Below are positions 30,925 through 40,520 of a stretch of DNA of 64,000 nucleotides, piece by piece. The translations under genes and the position numbers were made by a program. Source of the stretch: Methanobacteriota archaeon (GTDB lineage: Archaea; Thermoplasmatota; Poseidoniia; Poseidoniales; Thalassarchaeaceae); contig JABIKU010000016.1 in assembly GCA_018654845.1 (NCBI GenBank), positions 3,727 through 67,726 of the forward strand. The letters are read 5' to 3'. Each line of letters starts with the position of its first letter. The stretch's first letter is position 1. The notes below the pieces were generated by a model. The model had not been told where the DNA came from. It ran no database searches and was given only the letters and a program-made list of their open reading frames with translations.

Positions 30925-30953
30925 ACACGCGCGCGTGTATGCGAGCGCGCGAG
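30925..30953. repeat. GC-rich alternating purine-pyrimidine element: perfect 14-nt palindrome ACACGCGCGCGTGT followed by CGAGCGCGCGAG
   Basis: Read directly from the sequence. Sits in the upstream gene's stop / topA upstream intergenic region, next to a TATA-like TGTATAAA at about 30891. Confidence 0.6.
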
Positions 30954-30957
30954 GCGG

Positions 30958-31416
30958 TCATGCAATTTTGCTTCTAGAAGATATTTCATCCCATGGTAAT
31001 TCAGCTGCTGGACCAGCACAGTTGACACAACCGGGGTAGCCTGCATTGGCTAATTCAAGAATAGATTTTTTCAATAGAGGCCAATGATTGTAATCCCCAT
31101 TAATCCAAACATCATCATCATTACCGGGGCATTCTTTCGATATGATACCACCTTTTGGTGTTTTCTCTAATGTAAATATTATTGAGTCCGAGGGATGTAA
31201 ATTGTTCTGTATTCCCAAAATTAGTGTAGGTGCTAAATCAGATATCTTGAGAGAAATTTTTTTTATTTCATCCTCTAATTCACTTGGATGATTGATTATA
31301 CAACCAGTAGAACGCAGAATTCTTCGGGCTAATTCTGCGATAGCCAAAGAGTTAGCCGATTGGTCCACACTTAGCCGTAGAGCCGGAACTCTTGAAGGAT
31401 ATCGTTTCGGCCGCAT
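30958..31416 (-). CDS. Hypothetical protein
   Basis: 152 aa ORF with no recognisable motif. It fits the gap once the pyrD start is moved downstream. Confidence 0.3.
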   Translation of the reverse strand: MRPKRYPSRVPALRLSVDQSANSLAIAELARRILRSTGCIINHPSELEDEIKKISLKISDLAPTLILGIQNNLHPSDSIIFTLEKTPKGGIISKECPGNDDDVWINGDYNHWPLLKKSILELANAGYPGCVNCAGPAAELPWDEISSRSKIA

Positions 31417-32524
31417 TGATGTGGGGCTTGCATATAGGACATTGGTTCGGCCTATGTTCAGTTACATGGATTCAGAAAAAGCCCATCATCACAGCTTAAA
31501 TATGCTATCTAGATTCGGCCAAAATCCAGTTGGCCATAGAGTAATTAGTAGTGTATATCATGCACCAGAATTACCAATACATGTGTTCGGTAAATTATTC
31601 CATCATCCTTTAGGTCTCGCTGCAGGGTTTGATAAAAAGGCACAGGCATTAACTGCTTGGCCAGCATTAGGATTTTCCTGGATGGAATACGGGGGGATTA
31701 CACGTTATCCCCAAGATGGAAACCCCAAACCTAGAATGTTTCGAGCTGATTCAGAACAAGCCTTAGTTAACCGTATGGGATTTAACAATCCTGGCGCATT
31801 AGCAATGAGAGATTCTCTCAATCAAAGAAAAGCAAGAGGGAAATGGCCTAACACACCAGTTGTGGCAAACATTGGTCGCTCAAAAAAAGTCACAAATGAA
31901 AATGCAGCAGATGACTTTTCCTCATCTTTAGAACTTCTTTGGGATTATGCCGATATGTTTGTTCTGAATGTTTCTTCTCCAAATACCCCTGGACTTCGCG
32001 ATCTTCAAAGGGGTGATGGTCTTGCAAAGGTCATCAATTCATGCTCTAATCTTCGAGATAAAAAAAGCGTAAACAAACCATTAATATTGAAATTTTCACC
32101 AGATGAATCCAATGATAATTTGATTTCATCGGCCGAGATAGCACTTTCGAATGGAATTAATGGTTTTGTTGCAACTAATACAACAATTTCTCGTCCCGTT
32201 CCAAACAACTCTAGGTCAAGGTCTGCATTCGCTGAATCTGGTGGTTTATCTGGTAGACCAATCAATAAAAGAGCTCTCGAAGTTGTCAATTTACTCTATG
32301 ATTCTACAGGGGGTTCAGTTCCAATAATTGGAGTTGGTGGAATTGATTCAGCGGATGTTGCGTGGGAAATGGTACAATCAGGTGCTTCGTTGTTACAATT
32401 GTATTCAGCATTAGTATTCAAGGGTCCTTCAGTAGTTTCTGAAATTGTTAAAGGACTTAAGAAGAAAGTAAAAATAGAAGGTTTTGTAAATATTGAAGAG
32501 GCGGTAGGATATAATCATCATTGA
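31292..32524 (+). CDS. pyrD: Dihydroorotate dehydrogenase (quinone-type / class 2-like)
   Basis: FMN-binding TIM-barrel motifs (GFDKKAQALTAW, VANIG..K, VGGIDS). The true start is probably MFSYMD at nt 31454. Confidence 0.8.
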   Translation: MIIQPVERRILRANSAIAKELADWSTLSRRAGTLEGYRFGRIDVGLAYRTLVRPMFSYMDSEKAHHHSLNMLSRFGQNPVGHRVISSVYHAPELPIHVFGKLFHHPLGLAAGFDKKAQALTAWPALGFSWMEYGGITRYPQDGNPKPRMFRADSEQALVNRMGFNNPGALAMRDSLNQRKARGKWPNTPVVANIGRSKKVTNENAADDFSSSLELLWDYADMFVLNVSSPNTPGLRDLQRGDGLAKVINSCSNLRDKKSVNKPLILKFSPDESNDNLISSAEIALSNGINGFVATNTTISRPVPNNSRSRSAFAESGGLSGRPINKRALEVVNLLYDSTGGSVPIIGVGGIDSADVAWEMVQSGASLLQLYSALVFKGPSVVSEIVKGLKKKVKIEGFVNIEEAVGYNHH

Positions 32525-32552
32525 GTTTTCAAAATAATTAGGAGGTAATAAT

Positions 32553-32936
32553 ATGGCCACAAGAAAAAGTAGATTGGTAATAATCGGAGTATTATTATTA
32601 GTTTTAACTTCTCTAATGTTTCTCAATGTTGACAAGGATTACCAATATTCAGTAGATGAGATAATGGGGTCTCCAGAAAATTTTGAAAATTACAATGTAC
32701 ACTTACGGGGCGAAGTTGTAATTGGTACTGTTGATGAAGAAAATAACATTTTTTATCTGTCGGGTGTAGTTGAAGAAATATTAATCGATTATTCTAGTAT
32801 TTCTATTCCTGATGGATTTTCAGAGGGATTAACAATCTCTGTAAAAGGGAAATTAGCATTCAATGAGGGCAGTTGGGCAATCCAAGCCAAGGAAATTCAA
32901 ACTGGTTGCCCATCGAAATATGAAGCTAATCAATAG
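32553..32936 (+). CDS. ccmE: Cytochrome c maturation haem chaperone CcmE, archaeal CxxxY variant
   Basis: 127 aa. N-terminal TM anchor, then an OB-fold core FYLSGVVEEILIDYSSISIPDGFSEGLTISVKGKL that parallels the CcmE core (F.LTD....V.Y.G.LPDLFREG.GVVV.G.L). C-terminal CPSKY sits where HDENY would be. Confidence 0.55.
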   Translation: MATRKSRLVIIGVLLLVLTSLMFLNVDKDYQYSVDEIMGSPENFENYNVHLRGEVVIGTVDEENNIFYLSGVVEEILIDYSSISIPDGFSEGLTISVKGKLAFNEGSWAIQAKEIQTGCPSKYEANQ

Positions 32937-32974
32937 GCTAAATCATCATCTTTCCGAAAGGGATTCGTTGATAT

Positions 32975-33300
32975 GGGACACTTCCCTAGGGGTGTTGGGC
33001 TAGGGGGAGTGTTGACGTGCTCTATTTTACACAAATCGTCGATAAAGGTGTCCCGAAGTTCGAGGGCGGCTCAGACGAGCTTATGGTGACCCACCAGTTG
33101 ACGTCGATGCTTCGCCCCCAAGAGATGCAGGTTGGCAAAATGTCATTCCGAAGGGAATGTCGGACTGTCTTACGCCCGGGAACCAGGTCAGGCGCGGAAG
33201 CGAGCAACCCGACCGGGGATGCTGGATGCCTTGGGAATGCGGAGTGGAGGAGATTGGTGAATATTCATCATTTGTGACGAGTGCCCACCGAGAACGTGCC
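32975..33300 (+). ncRNA. ffs: Signal recognition particle RNA (7S/SRP RNA)
   Basis: GC-rich island of about 320 nt in a 366 bp intergenic gap. Contains ACCAGGUCAGGCGCGGAAGCGAGCAACC, matching the conserved SRP helix-8 (domain IV) motif. 5' region GGGCUAGGGGG resembles the archaeal Alu domain. Boundaries are approximate. Confidence 0.55.
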
Positions 33301-33302
33301 CA

Positions 33303-33824
33303 CTAAATTGGAATATTTATTATTCCACCCATTTGACAGATGATTTCAAAATGTTCAGAACTAACTGGTTGAACAGAAAGTCGTTGCCCTTTTCGAATTA
33401 ATGGCAACCCCATCAAATCTTGATTTGCCTTAGCATCTTGTAAATTTACTGTATTAATATCAGTAATAGGTTCGATATCAACCATAAACCATCTTGGATC
33501 TTCTTCTGAAGATTTTGGGTCAAAATATTTTGATTTCGGATCCCAAGATGTAAAGTCTGGATAACTTTCTTTGCAGATTCTAGCGATTCCTGCAATGTGA
33601 GGGGGTTTGCAATTCGAATGGTAAAATAAAACCAAGTCTCCCATTTTCATTGAATCTCGCATAATATTTCTGGCTTGATAATTTCTAACACCATCCCAAT
33701 GGGTCGATTTGTCTTTTACTAACATTGACCAAGAGTAAACATCAGGTTCACTTTTCATTAACCAATAATTTCTCATGATATCACTACCAAGCATCATCTG
33801 AAGAACCGAATACCAAAGATGCAT
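33303..33824 (-). CDS. EVE (PUA-like) domain protein
   Basis: YWLMKSEPDVYS...WDGVRNYQARNIMRDSMKMGDLVLFYHS is the EVE domain signature. Start probably at MRNYW (about nt 33776). Confidence 0.7.
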   Translation of the reverse strand: MHLWYSVLQMMLGSDIMRNYWLMKSEPDVYSWSMLVKDKSTHWDGVRNYQARNIMRDSMKMGDLVLFYHSNCKPPHIAGIARICKESYPDFTSWDPKSKYFDPKSSEEDPRWFMVDIEPITDINTVNLQDAKANQDLMGLPLIRKGQRLSVQPVSSEHFEIICQMGGIINIPI

Positions 33825-36800
33825 CTAGTACATCTGCCTCATCCTTTGCAATAGCTCTGCGCAACCCTGCTGTTTTGACCATAGTTGATACACCACCAGT
33901 TAGACCAATATTCGCTTTGACTAAGAGGCTGTAAATTGCTGGTAATAATAACAACGCAGAAATTGCAGCGATGATTAGTAAGATAATTACAACATCGACA
34001 AATGGCTGAACCGCTGGAATCGGAATCCATTTGGCACTCATCAAACCCAATGCAGTTACAGTCGTCGATTCGAACAGGCTCATGCCAGTACTAGCACAGG
34101 AAATTTTGATTGCCTCTAAAGAACCGCCTAATTCCTTAACTCTATTTGCGATATGAATAGAGAAATCCACACCTACTCCAACCAATATGGATCCAATCAT
34201 AACAGTAACGAGATTAAGAGCAACACCTCCTGAATCCATGACCAACCATTGCATTCCTACTGTAAATCCTACTGGAATGGTAGTTAATAATGCGTATCTA
34301 ATATCACGGAATACAAGTCCTAAAGTTAGAACTGTAAATAATAATGCAAAGATTAACGAACTCCATTGTGAACCTACAATGAGATTGTTTACTTCAATAG
34401 TCACGGAAGCAACACCGATTAATTCAGTGGAAGTAATAGCTCCACCAGTATCTTGGCTCGCGAAATCATTAACCTGCTTTACTGCTATTTGGGTGCGTTG
34501 AACATCCATAAAGGGCATATCAATGTAAATCAGACTACGCTGGTAATCTGATGATACGAATAATTCCCTCATTTCTTTAGTTAAACTATTATAGAATACA
34601 TAAATCATGAAGTTTTGAGCCTGGGTGCCCCCTGTTTCTTGGACACTAAGAGTGTCTAACACCGCCCAAAAAGAAGCATTCCCTGATTGCTCTCTATCGA
34701 ATATTAGTGTGGCGACGTCTTTGATAGGTTCTGGAAGTGGTGTATCATCGATGATATCTGATATTGGTGTGCCAGATAAGTTAACACTCACAGCAACCGC
34801 TTTCATGAGAAACACAACCGAAACTGCAGTTGTATTCGAAACTAAATTACAATTCGCTTCCAATTTTTCAATACCTTCTAAGTTGGAAAATGGGTCATTA
34901 CCAGTTGCCGACAATTCTGGTGATGCGCTAATGTCACCGTGAATCAACAAAAATCCTGGTTGACCTGCTTCGAATTCGTCACTGTATTGCCCCATCTTTT
35001 GCACTGCTGGTACTGGTGTCCCATCCATCCTCGTTTGAGGCGCCATGTCTAATAAATCGATATTTTCTTCAACATTATGCCTTGAAATTCCAGATGAAAT
35101 AAGCATGGCTATAATGAATATTGATAGAGTTAAGCGTGTCCATTTGACCGGAACTGCAACCGCATTTGTAAATAATTTAGGTGGAGGGTGGGAGGGTTTT
35201 TTTAGATCTAACATTATGGTCAAATTTGGAACCATCACCATTGTCATGATGTATACAACTACAATCCCGCCTGCAAGCCCCCAACCCACTGTTTGAATTG
35301 GTTTCATAGGAGTAAACGTCAAAGAAATAAATCCAATAATAGTGGTAACAGCTGATAAGAAAACTGCTTTTCCAGTAGAGTTTAATGCTTCAGCCATTTT
35401 TTCTTGAGGTGTTCCTTTAGATTCTGCATATCTATTTGTGATATGTAATCCATATGACACTCCTAATGCCAGGACAATCGGGCCAACTAATATCACCGTC
35501 ATTGTGACCTCATAATTCGTAAAACCAATAATCCCCATCGTTACGAAAACTGAACACAGGGTGGGCAGACCTGCAATTATCAATACTTTCACACCTTGGA
35601 CCCATCTAATACGCCCAGTTTGTAACAGGTCGCAATGGAAAATAAACAAACCACAAGCTACAAAAAATACACCTATAGGAAAAACGGACCAAAATAATTT
35701 GAATGATTCTTCTGTGACTGCATTAGTAATTGGCACTGGGCCAGTTAGAGTCATTGTTAGATTTAATTCATCCCAGTTATTTTCTACCCCTAATAAGTTA
35801 ATTTCTTTCTGAGTTTCTTCAATAAGATCAGACACACTAATATTTTCATTATATGCAATTCCTAAAATTATCACTGCTCTATTCCAATAAAAAGCTTGTA
35901 CTGCTTCTTCTCTTCCAACGTCTCGAACTAATTTATTAAGGGCGTTTTGGGGCATTTCGCCAAGAATTTGGTCAATTCTTTCTTGTTCATCTGGAATTGC
36001 ATAATTCCCCAAAAAATCTTGTTGTTCATCTATTGTTTCATTCATTTGATCTGACAATTCTTCATTGCCCGATGCTTCAGCTAATCCAGAAAAAAATGCT
36101 TTTGCAACTCTAACAGCACTTGAATTTACTTCTTTAATTACCGTTGATATCGAAAGAACATAGATGATATCATCTTCTGCCCCAGCGTCATTTCTTGCGG
36201 GATTTAACTTATTCTCAATTGCATCAATTTGGTCTAGGATTTTGACTGTAGTAACGTTATAATCTTCCGATTCAACATAAATGACCATCACATTAGTCGT
36301 CCAATCATTTTCAACAACCTCGATCAATTCCTTCACGTTAGAGCCCTCTGGAAGGTAAACTGCAAGGTCACCGTTTACATTCATTGAGGATTCTTCATAA
36401 CACCAATCATATTCATATCCATCTCTACAATCATTAATTCCAGAATGCATTGTAAAAAACCCAGTTACTAACAATGATAAAATAACTGTAATGACAGGCA
36501 CTTTGGTTAAAATATCTGTACCAGACATACTATTTAGTGCTCTTTTTACAGCATTGGGTGCTCTTTTGATGGAGTTTGCAATCGCATCAGGATTCAGATT
36601 ATCAATTGATTTTATTGATTCAGAATATTTGGAAGTAATTTTGCTTTTAGCATGTGTAAATCGCGAAGTGTTCAAAGAATCTTCTTCATTGTCACGTTGG
36701 CTCACGATACCACCAACTCCATCTGGTGAAAGGAGGAACTTCAACCCCTCGCAATTATTTGTTCTCATGTGGGGGAATATTATTGCAATTCTCTTTGCGG

Positions 36801-36894
36801 GAATAGTCAAGAAGATAACGCCCGCAGACTCAAATTGAAAACACGGAGTGTTGGATATGAGTACACCCATAATCAGTGATAAGAGATGGTCCAT
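33784..36894 (-). CDS. RND superfamily exporter (MMPL/SecDF-like, COG1033-type predicted exporter)
   Basis: 1036 aa. Two blocks of about 6 TM helices, each preceded by a large soluble domain. Sterol-sensing/RND-like TM pattern. Confidence 0.6.
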   Translation of the reverse strand: MDHLLSLIMGVLISNTPCFQFESAGVIFLTIPAKRIAIIFPHMRTNNCEGLKFLLSPDGVGGIVSQRDNEEDSLNTSRFTHAKSKITSKYSESIKSIDNLNPDAIANSIKRAPNAVKRALNSMSGTDILTKVPVITVILSLLVTGFFTMHSGINDCRDGYEYDWCYEESSMNVNGDLAVYLPEGSNVKELIEVVENDWTTNVMVIYVESEDYNVTTVKILDQIDAIENKLNPARNDAGAEDDIIYVLSISTVIKEVNSSAVRVAKAFFSGLAEASGNEELSDQMNETIDEQQDFLGNYAIPDEQERIDQILGEMPQNALNKLVRDVGREEAVQAFYWNRAVIILGIAYNENISVSDLIEETQKEINLLGVENNWDELNLTMTLTGPVPITNAVTEESFKLFWSVFPIGVFFVACGLFIFHCDLLQTGRIRWVQGVKVLIIAGLPTLCSVFVTMGIIGFTNYEVTMTVILVGPIVLALGVSYGLHITNRYAESKGTPQEKMAEALNSTGKAVFLSAVTTIIGFISLTFTPMKPIQTVGWGLAGGIVVVYIMTMVMVPNLTIMLDLKKPSHPPPKLFTNAVAVPVKWTRLTLSIFIIAMLISSGISRHNVEENIDLLDMAPQTRMDGTPVPAVQKMGQYSDEFEAGQPGFLLIHGDISASPELSATGNDPFSNLEGIEKLEANCNLVSNTTAVSVVFLMKAVAVSVNLSGTPISDIIDDTPLPEPIKDVATLIFDREQSGNASFWAVLDTLSVQETGGTQAQNFMIYVFYNSLTKEMRELFVSSDYQRSLIYIDMPFMDVQRTQIAVKQVNDFASQDTGGAITSTELIGVASVTIEVNNLIVGSQWSSLIFALLFTVLTLGLVFRDIRYALLTTIPVGFTVGMQWLVMDSGGVALNLVTVMIGSILVGVGVDFSIHIANRVKELGGSLEAIKISCASTGMSLFESTTVTALGLMSAKWIPIPAVQPFVDVVIILLIIAAISALLLLPAIYSLLVKANIGLTGGVSTMVKTAGLRRAIAKDEADVLDASLVFGSSDDAW

Positions 36895-39325
36895 TGATCT
36901 TGAAAAAAGGATTCAAGAGGAACATTATAGAGAAAATTATTCCACACGATATTCATTCAATCCTGAGAGTGAAAAGGAACTTTTCATCATTGATACTCCA
37001 CCACCCTACCCTAGTGGCACTTGGCATATTGGAGCCGTTGCACAATACAGTATGATCGATGTTATTGCTAGGAGCCAAAGATTGCTTGGAAAAGAGGTAT
37101 TCTTCCCTTGGGGTGTTGATAGAAATGGGATAAATATTGAATTCACAGTTGAGAAGAAGACTGGTAAAAAAATGAGAACCTTTGAGCGTGGCAAATTCAT
37201 TGAAATTTGCAGAGAAACTATCGATGAATATACTCAAGCTATGCGTGAAACTGCTTGCCGCGTTGGTCTTTCTTGTGATTTTGAAAAAGAATACCTTACT
37301 GACTCACCTGAATTTAGAGGTGCTTCACAATCAATTTTTGTACAATTATTCAAGCAAGGAGATATTATTGAAGATTATCGCCCTAACATCTATGATACTA
37401 TTGAAAAAACCACTATTGCCGATGCGGAAGTTCAAAGAATTACACGCAAAACCAAATTATGCGATGTCAAATGGATTACAGAAGATGGAGATGAATTAGT
37501 CATCAGCACTACTCGCCCAGAACTCATTTGCGCCTGTGGTGTCGTCGTTGTTCATCCAGAGGATGAGAGGTATACACACTTAGTTGGAAAGAAGTTAGAA
37601 TTACCTCTTCCGACTAAAGGGAGAAGTAATTTTGTCGAGATTAAACAACACCCTTCGGTAAAAATGGAATTTGGTTCTGGAGTATTGATGGTTTGTTCAT
37701 TCGGCGACCAAAATGATGTATCGATATTCAGAGAATTAGGCCTTTCTCCTTTCGTAGCAATAAATTTAGATGGAAACATTACTGAAATAGGGGGTCCTCT
37801 GGAGAATCTATCAGTTATTGATGCTCGCAAGGAAGCCATATTGTTGTTAGAAACAAGAGGGTCGTTAGTTTCCATTAAAGATCATGACCAAGAAATTCCT
37901 GTGAGTGAAAGAGGAAATAATCCAGTTGAAATTATTTTACTAAAAGAGTGGTATGTCAAACAAATTGATGCACTCGATCGAATGAGAAATCACATCAAAG
38001 AAATAAATTTTATCCCCCCTCGTAATCAACAATTTTTAGATGATTGGATGAATGGAATATCTATTGATTGGCCAATTTCACGTCGACGCTGGTACCATAC
38101 AGAAGTACCAATCTGGTATTCAGAGGATGAGAAAATGATTATCGTACCACCATCTGGAAGTTATGTCCAACCTTGGCGTGAAAACCCCCCTGATGAATCA
38201 GAGGTTTTGGATAGGATTACTAGAGAGAAAATTGGCTCATATTCAGAAATGATTGACGATTTAGGGGCTTTAATTCCTGAAGAAAAAGTATTCGACACTT
38301 GGATGGATTCATCGAATTCCAATCTTTTTGTTTCTGGTTATTTACAAGACTCATCTTTGTTCGACAAAGCTTTCCCTACCTCTATTCGTCCCCAGGGGAA
38401 GGAAATCGTACGAACTTGGTTGTACTACACGCTCCTAAAAAGTACTCTATTGTTAAATAAACCCGGATTTGAGAATATTTGGATTGATGGTTTAGGAATG
38501 GATCCATGGGGGAGAAAAATGTCTAAATCTTTAGGAAATGGGATTGATGCTAACTCGGTTCTCGAATGCGGGGCTGGTGGACGAACTGGTTCTTGGAAAA
38601 TCAAAGGACTTGAGGGGAAACAAGTAAATTTCCGTGCGAATAAGATTGGCAGTGAATGTTTCCGTCTTTGGAAGGCTTGTGAAGCACAAGTAGGTGATGA
38701 TTTCCAAATCAATCCTGAAGAAATTGAGGCGAAGTATTTTGGAGTTTTGACTAAGATTTTCAATGTAGTAAGATTTGCAAGTCAATTTTCTATTCCCGAT
38801 GATTTAGATCAAATTCCCGATGATTTAGATATTGAGGACCGATGGATTCTGTCCGAATTTAGTAAAATGATGCAACAAACTGAAAATTCGTGGGAAAAAA
38901 TAGATATATATTCTGCATCTCAAGGATTGAAAAATTTTGGAACAGGCGTATTCCCCAGTCATTGGTTGGAAATGGCAAAATCAAGGCTGTATGATGGCGA
39001 TGCTAAGGCAGCGTGGACAATTCACAGAATTGTGAGAGATTATTTACAAGCATTTAGTCCAATTTGTCCATTCTTTACTCATTACCTTTCTACAACTCTT
39101 TATGGAGAGAGCGCTGTTGACGCTTGTCATTTTCCTAAATTAATTGGAATAAATGATGAATTATTATCTTTAACTGAACCAATCATGAATTTCAATTCAA
39201 TTGTTTGGAAAACCAAAAAAGAAATGGGAATTTCCCTTAATTCGGAAATCCAAGGGATGAATATTCCCGCCGAATTAGAAAATTTTAGTGTTCAGTTGAC
39301 AAATATGCATAAATTAATTTCATGA
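36848..39325 (+). CDS. valS: Class I aminoacyl-tRNA synthetase of the Val/Ile/Leu group, most consistent with valyl-tRNA synthetase
   Basis: 825 aa. PPPYPSGTWHIGA at the HIGH position, CP1 editing TTRPELI..HPEDERY, DWPISRRRWYHTEVPIWY, KMSKSLGN, and EDRWILS. The length and the W(Y)..PxWY motif favour ValRS over IleRS/LeuRS. Confidence 0.5.
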   Translation: MLDMSTPIISDKRWSIDLEKRIQEEHYRENYSTRYSFNPESEKELFIIDTPPPYPSGTWHIGAVAQYSMIDVIARSQRLLGKEVFFPWGVDRNGINIEFTVEKKTGKKMRTFERGKFIEICRETIDEYTQAMRETACRVGLSCDFEKEYLTDSPEFRGASQSIFVQLFKQGDIIEDYRPNIYDTIEKTTIADAEVQRITRKTKLCDVKWITEDGDELVISTTRPELICACGVVVVHPEDERYTHLVGKKLELPLPTKGRSNFVEIKQHPSVKMEFGSGVLMVCSFGDQNDVSIFRELGLSPFVAINLDGNITEIGGPLENLSVIDARKEAILLLETRGSLVSIKDHDQEIPVSERGNNPVEIILLKEWYVKQIDALDRMRNHIKEINFIPPRNQQFLDDWMNGISIDWPISRRRWYHTEVPIWYSEDEKMIIVPPSGSYVQPWRENPPDESEVLDRITREKIGSYSEMIDDLGALIPEEKVFDTWMDSSNSNLFVSGYLQDSSLFDKAFPTSIRPQGKEIVRTWLYYTLLKSTLLLNKPGFENIWIDGLGMDPWGRKMSKSLGNGIDANSVLECGAGGRTGSWKIKGLEGKQVNFRANKIGSECFRLWKACEAQVGDDFQINPEEIEAKYFGVLTKIFNVVRFASQFSIPDDLDQIPDDLDIEDRWILSEFSKMMQQTENSWEKIDIYSASQGLKNFGTGVFPSHWLEMAKSRLYDGDAKAAWTIHRIVRDYLQAFSPICPFFTHYLSTTLYGESAVDACHFPKLIGINDELLSLTEPIMNFNSIVWKTKKEMGISLNSEIQGMNIPAELENFSVQLTNMHKLIS
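38793..38831 (+). repeat. In-frame tandem duplication (2 x ATTCCCGATGATTTAGAT in a 21-nt register) inside the synthetase gene, encoding IPDDLDQIPDDLDI
   Basis: Direct repeat read from the sequence. Confidence 0.8.
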
Positions 39326-39372
39326 GATTTGCTAATTTGCTACAAATGATAATTATTTGTATTCAGTAAATT

Positions 39373-40350
39373 CTAATTTAGTGCGGAATGAGGTCTTTGT
39401 CCATTAAAATGATCTATCAATTGAGTTGCCATCTCTAGTCCAATTCTTGATTGAGCCTCCATTGTGGCAGCTCCAATATGAGGGGTGCCATGAAAATTTT
39501 GATGGGTTAGTAATTGGTTTCCAACCGCAGGCTCTTTCTCAAATACATCTAATGCTGCTGAAGTCAGCTTACCTGATTCTAGGGCTGATAAGGTGGCCTT
39601 TTCGTCAACAATACCACCTCTGGCACAATTCACTATATGGTTGCCACAATTTGTCCCATCCACCCCTATTTGCGGCATCAAATTCAATCTATCCTCATTA
39701 ACTAAATGATGTGTTTCATCTGTAAGGTTACAATGGACAGAAATGTGCGTGCACATAGAAAAAACAGAGTTTACATCATTATGTAGCGTGACGTTATTCT
39801 TCCTAGCAATTTCTGGAGGTAAATATGGATCATATGCATGTATTTCCATGCCAAGGGATTGAGCAACATTACCAACACCTTGTGCAATTCTTCCATATCC
39901 AATAAGCCCTAATCTTTTACCAGAAAGTTCAGTTCCTTTCAATTGTTTTTTTGCCCAAATTCCTTCACGCAACAACCGGTCTGCGGTTGCTATGTGTCTG
40001 CAAGATGTCAACAAGTGGCCAATCGTCAATTCTACTACACTATGAGTTGATGATCTAGGTGTATTACAAACTATCATACTGTTTTCCGTAGCTACTGAAA
40101 TATCTATATTATCGACTCCAACGCCAGCACGACCAATGAAGGAAATACCCCCCCCCCCTTTAACAGAGGCATGTAGAACCGCTTTAGTTAGTTTAGTTGC
40201 ACTTCGGATAACAACTGCATCGAAATCAGATAGCGCCCCTTCGAGTAATTCCTCTTTTGAATAATGTTTAATGACTACTTTGTGACCATTTTTTTCAAGA
40301 ATATTAACTGCATTTTTATCCATTCCATCTGTTACAGCTATCCGTGCCAT
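39373..40350 (-). CDS. serA: D-isomer-specific 2-hydroxyacid dehydrogenase (D-3-phosphoglycerate dehydrogenase-like)
   Basis: GLIGYGRIAQ NAD-binding motif and catalytic R/E/H pattern. 325 aa. Confidence 0.65.
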   Translation of the reverse strand: MARIAVTDGMDKNAVNILEKNGHKVVIKHYSKEELLEGALSDFDAVVIRSATKLTKAVLHASVKGGGGISFIGRAGVGVDNIDISVATENSMIVCNTPRSSTHSVVELTIGHLLTSCRHIATADRLLREGIWAKKQLKGTELSGKRLGLIGYGRIAQGVGNVAQSLGMEIHAYDPYLPPEIARKNNVTLHNDVNSVFSMCTHISVHCNLTDETHHLVNEDRLNLMPQIGVDGTNCGNHIVNCARGGIVDEKATLSALESGKLTSAALDVFEKEPAVGNQLLTHQNFHGTPHIGAATMEAQSRIGLEMATQLIDHFNGQRPHSALN

Positions 40351-40520
40351 TGGTTAATTGCTTGGCTGGGGGATGATGAATATTTCTAATTGAATTTTTG
40401 TGATAATTTTCGTTTTTGATAATATATATTGAGTATGGCAATTTTTCTTCTATCCATAAAATACATGTTTTATTGAATATTAACCGTTTCGTTCTTGAAT
40501 AATAAGGAGCAGCAATTCTT

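Noticed and set aside
33017-33277. 86 aa (+) and 61 aa (-) ORFs in the ccmE-EVE intergenic region
   Set aside because: They overlap a GC-rich segment carrying the SRP RNA helix-8 motif, so they are far more likely an artefact of a structured ncRNA than real proteins.
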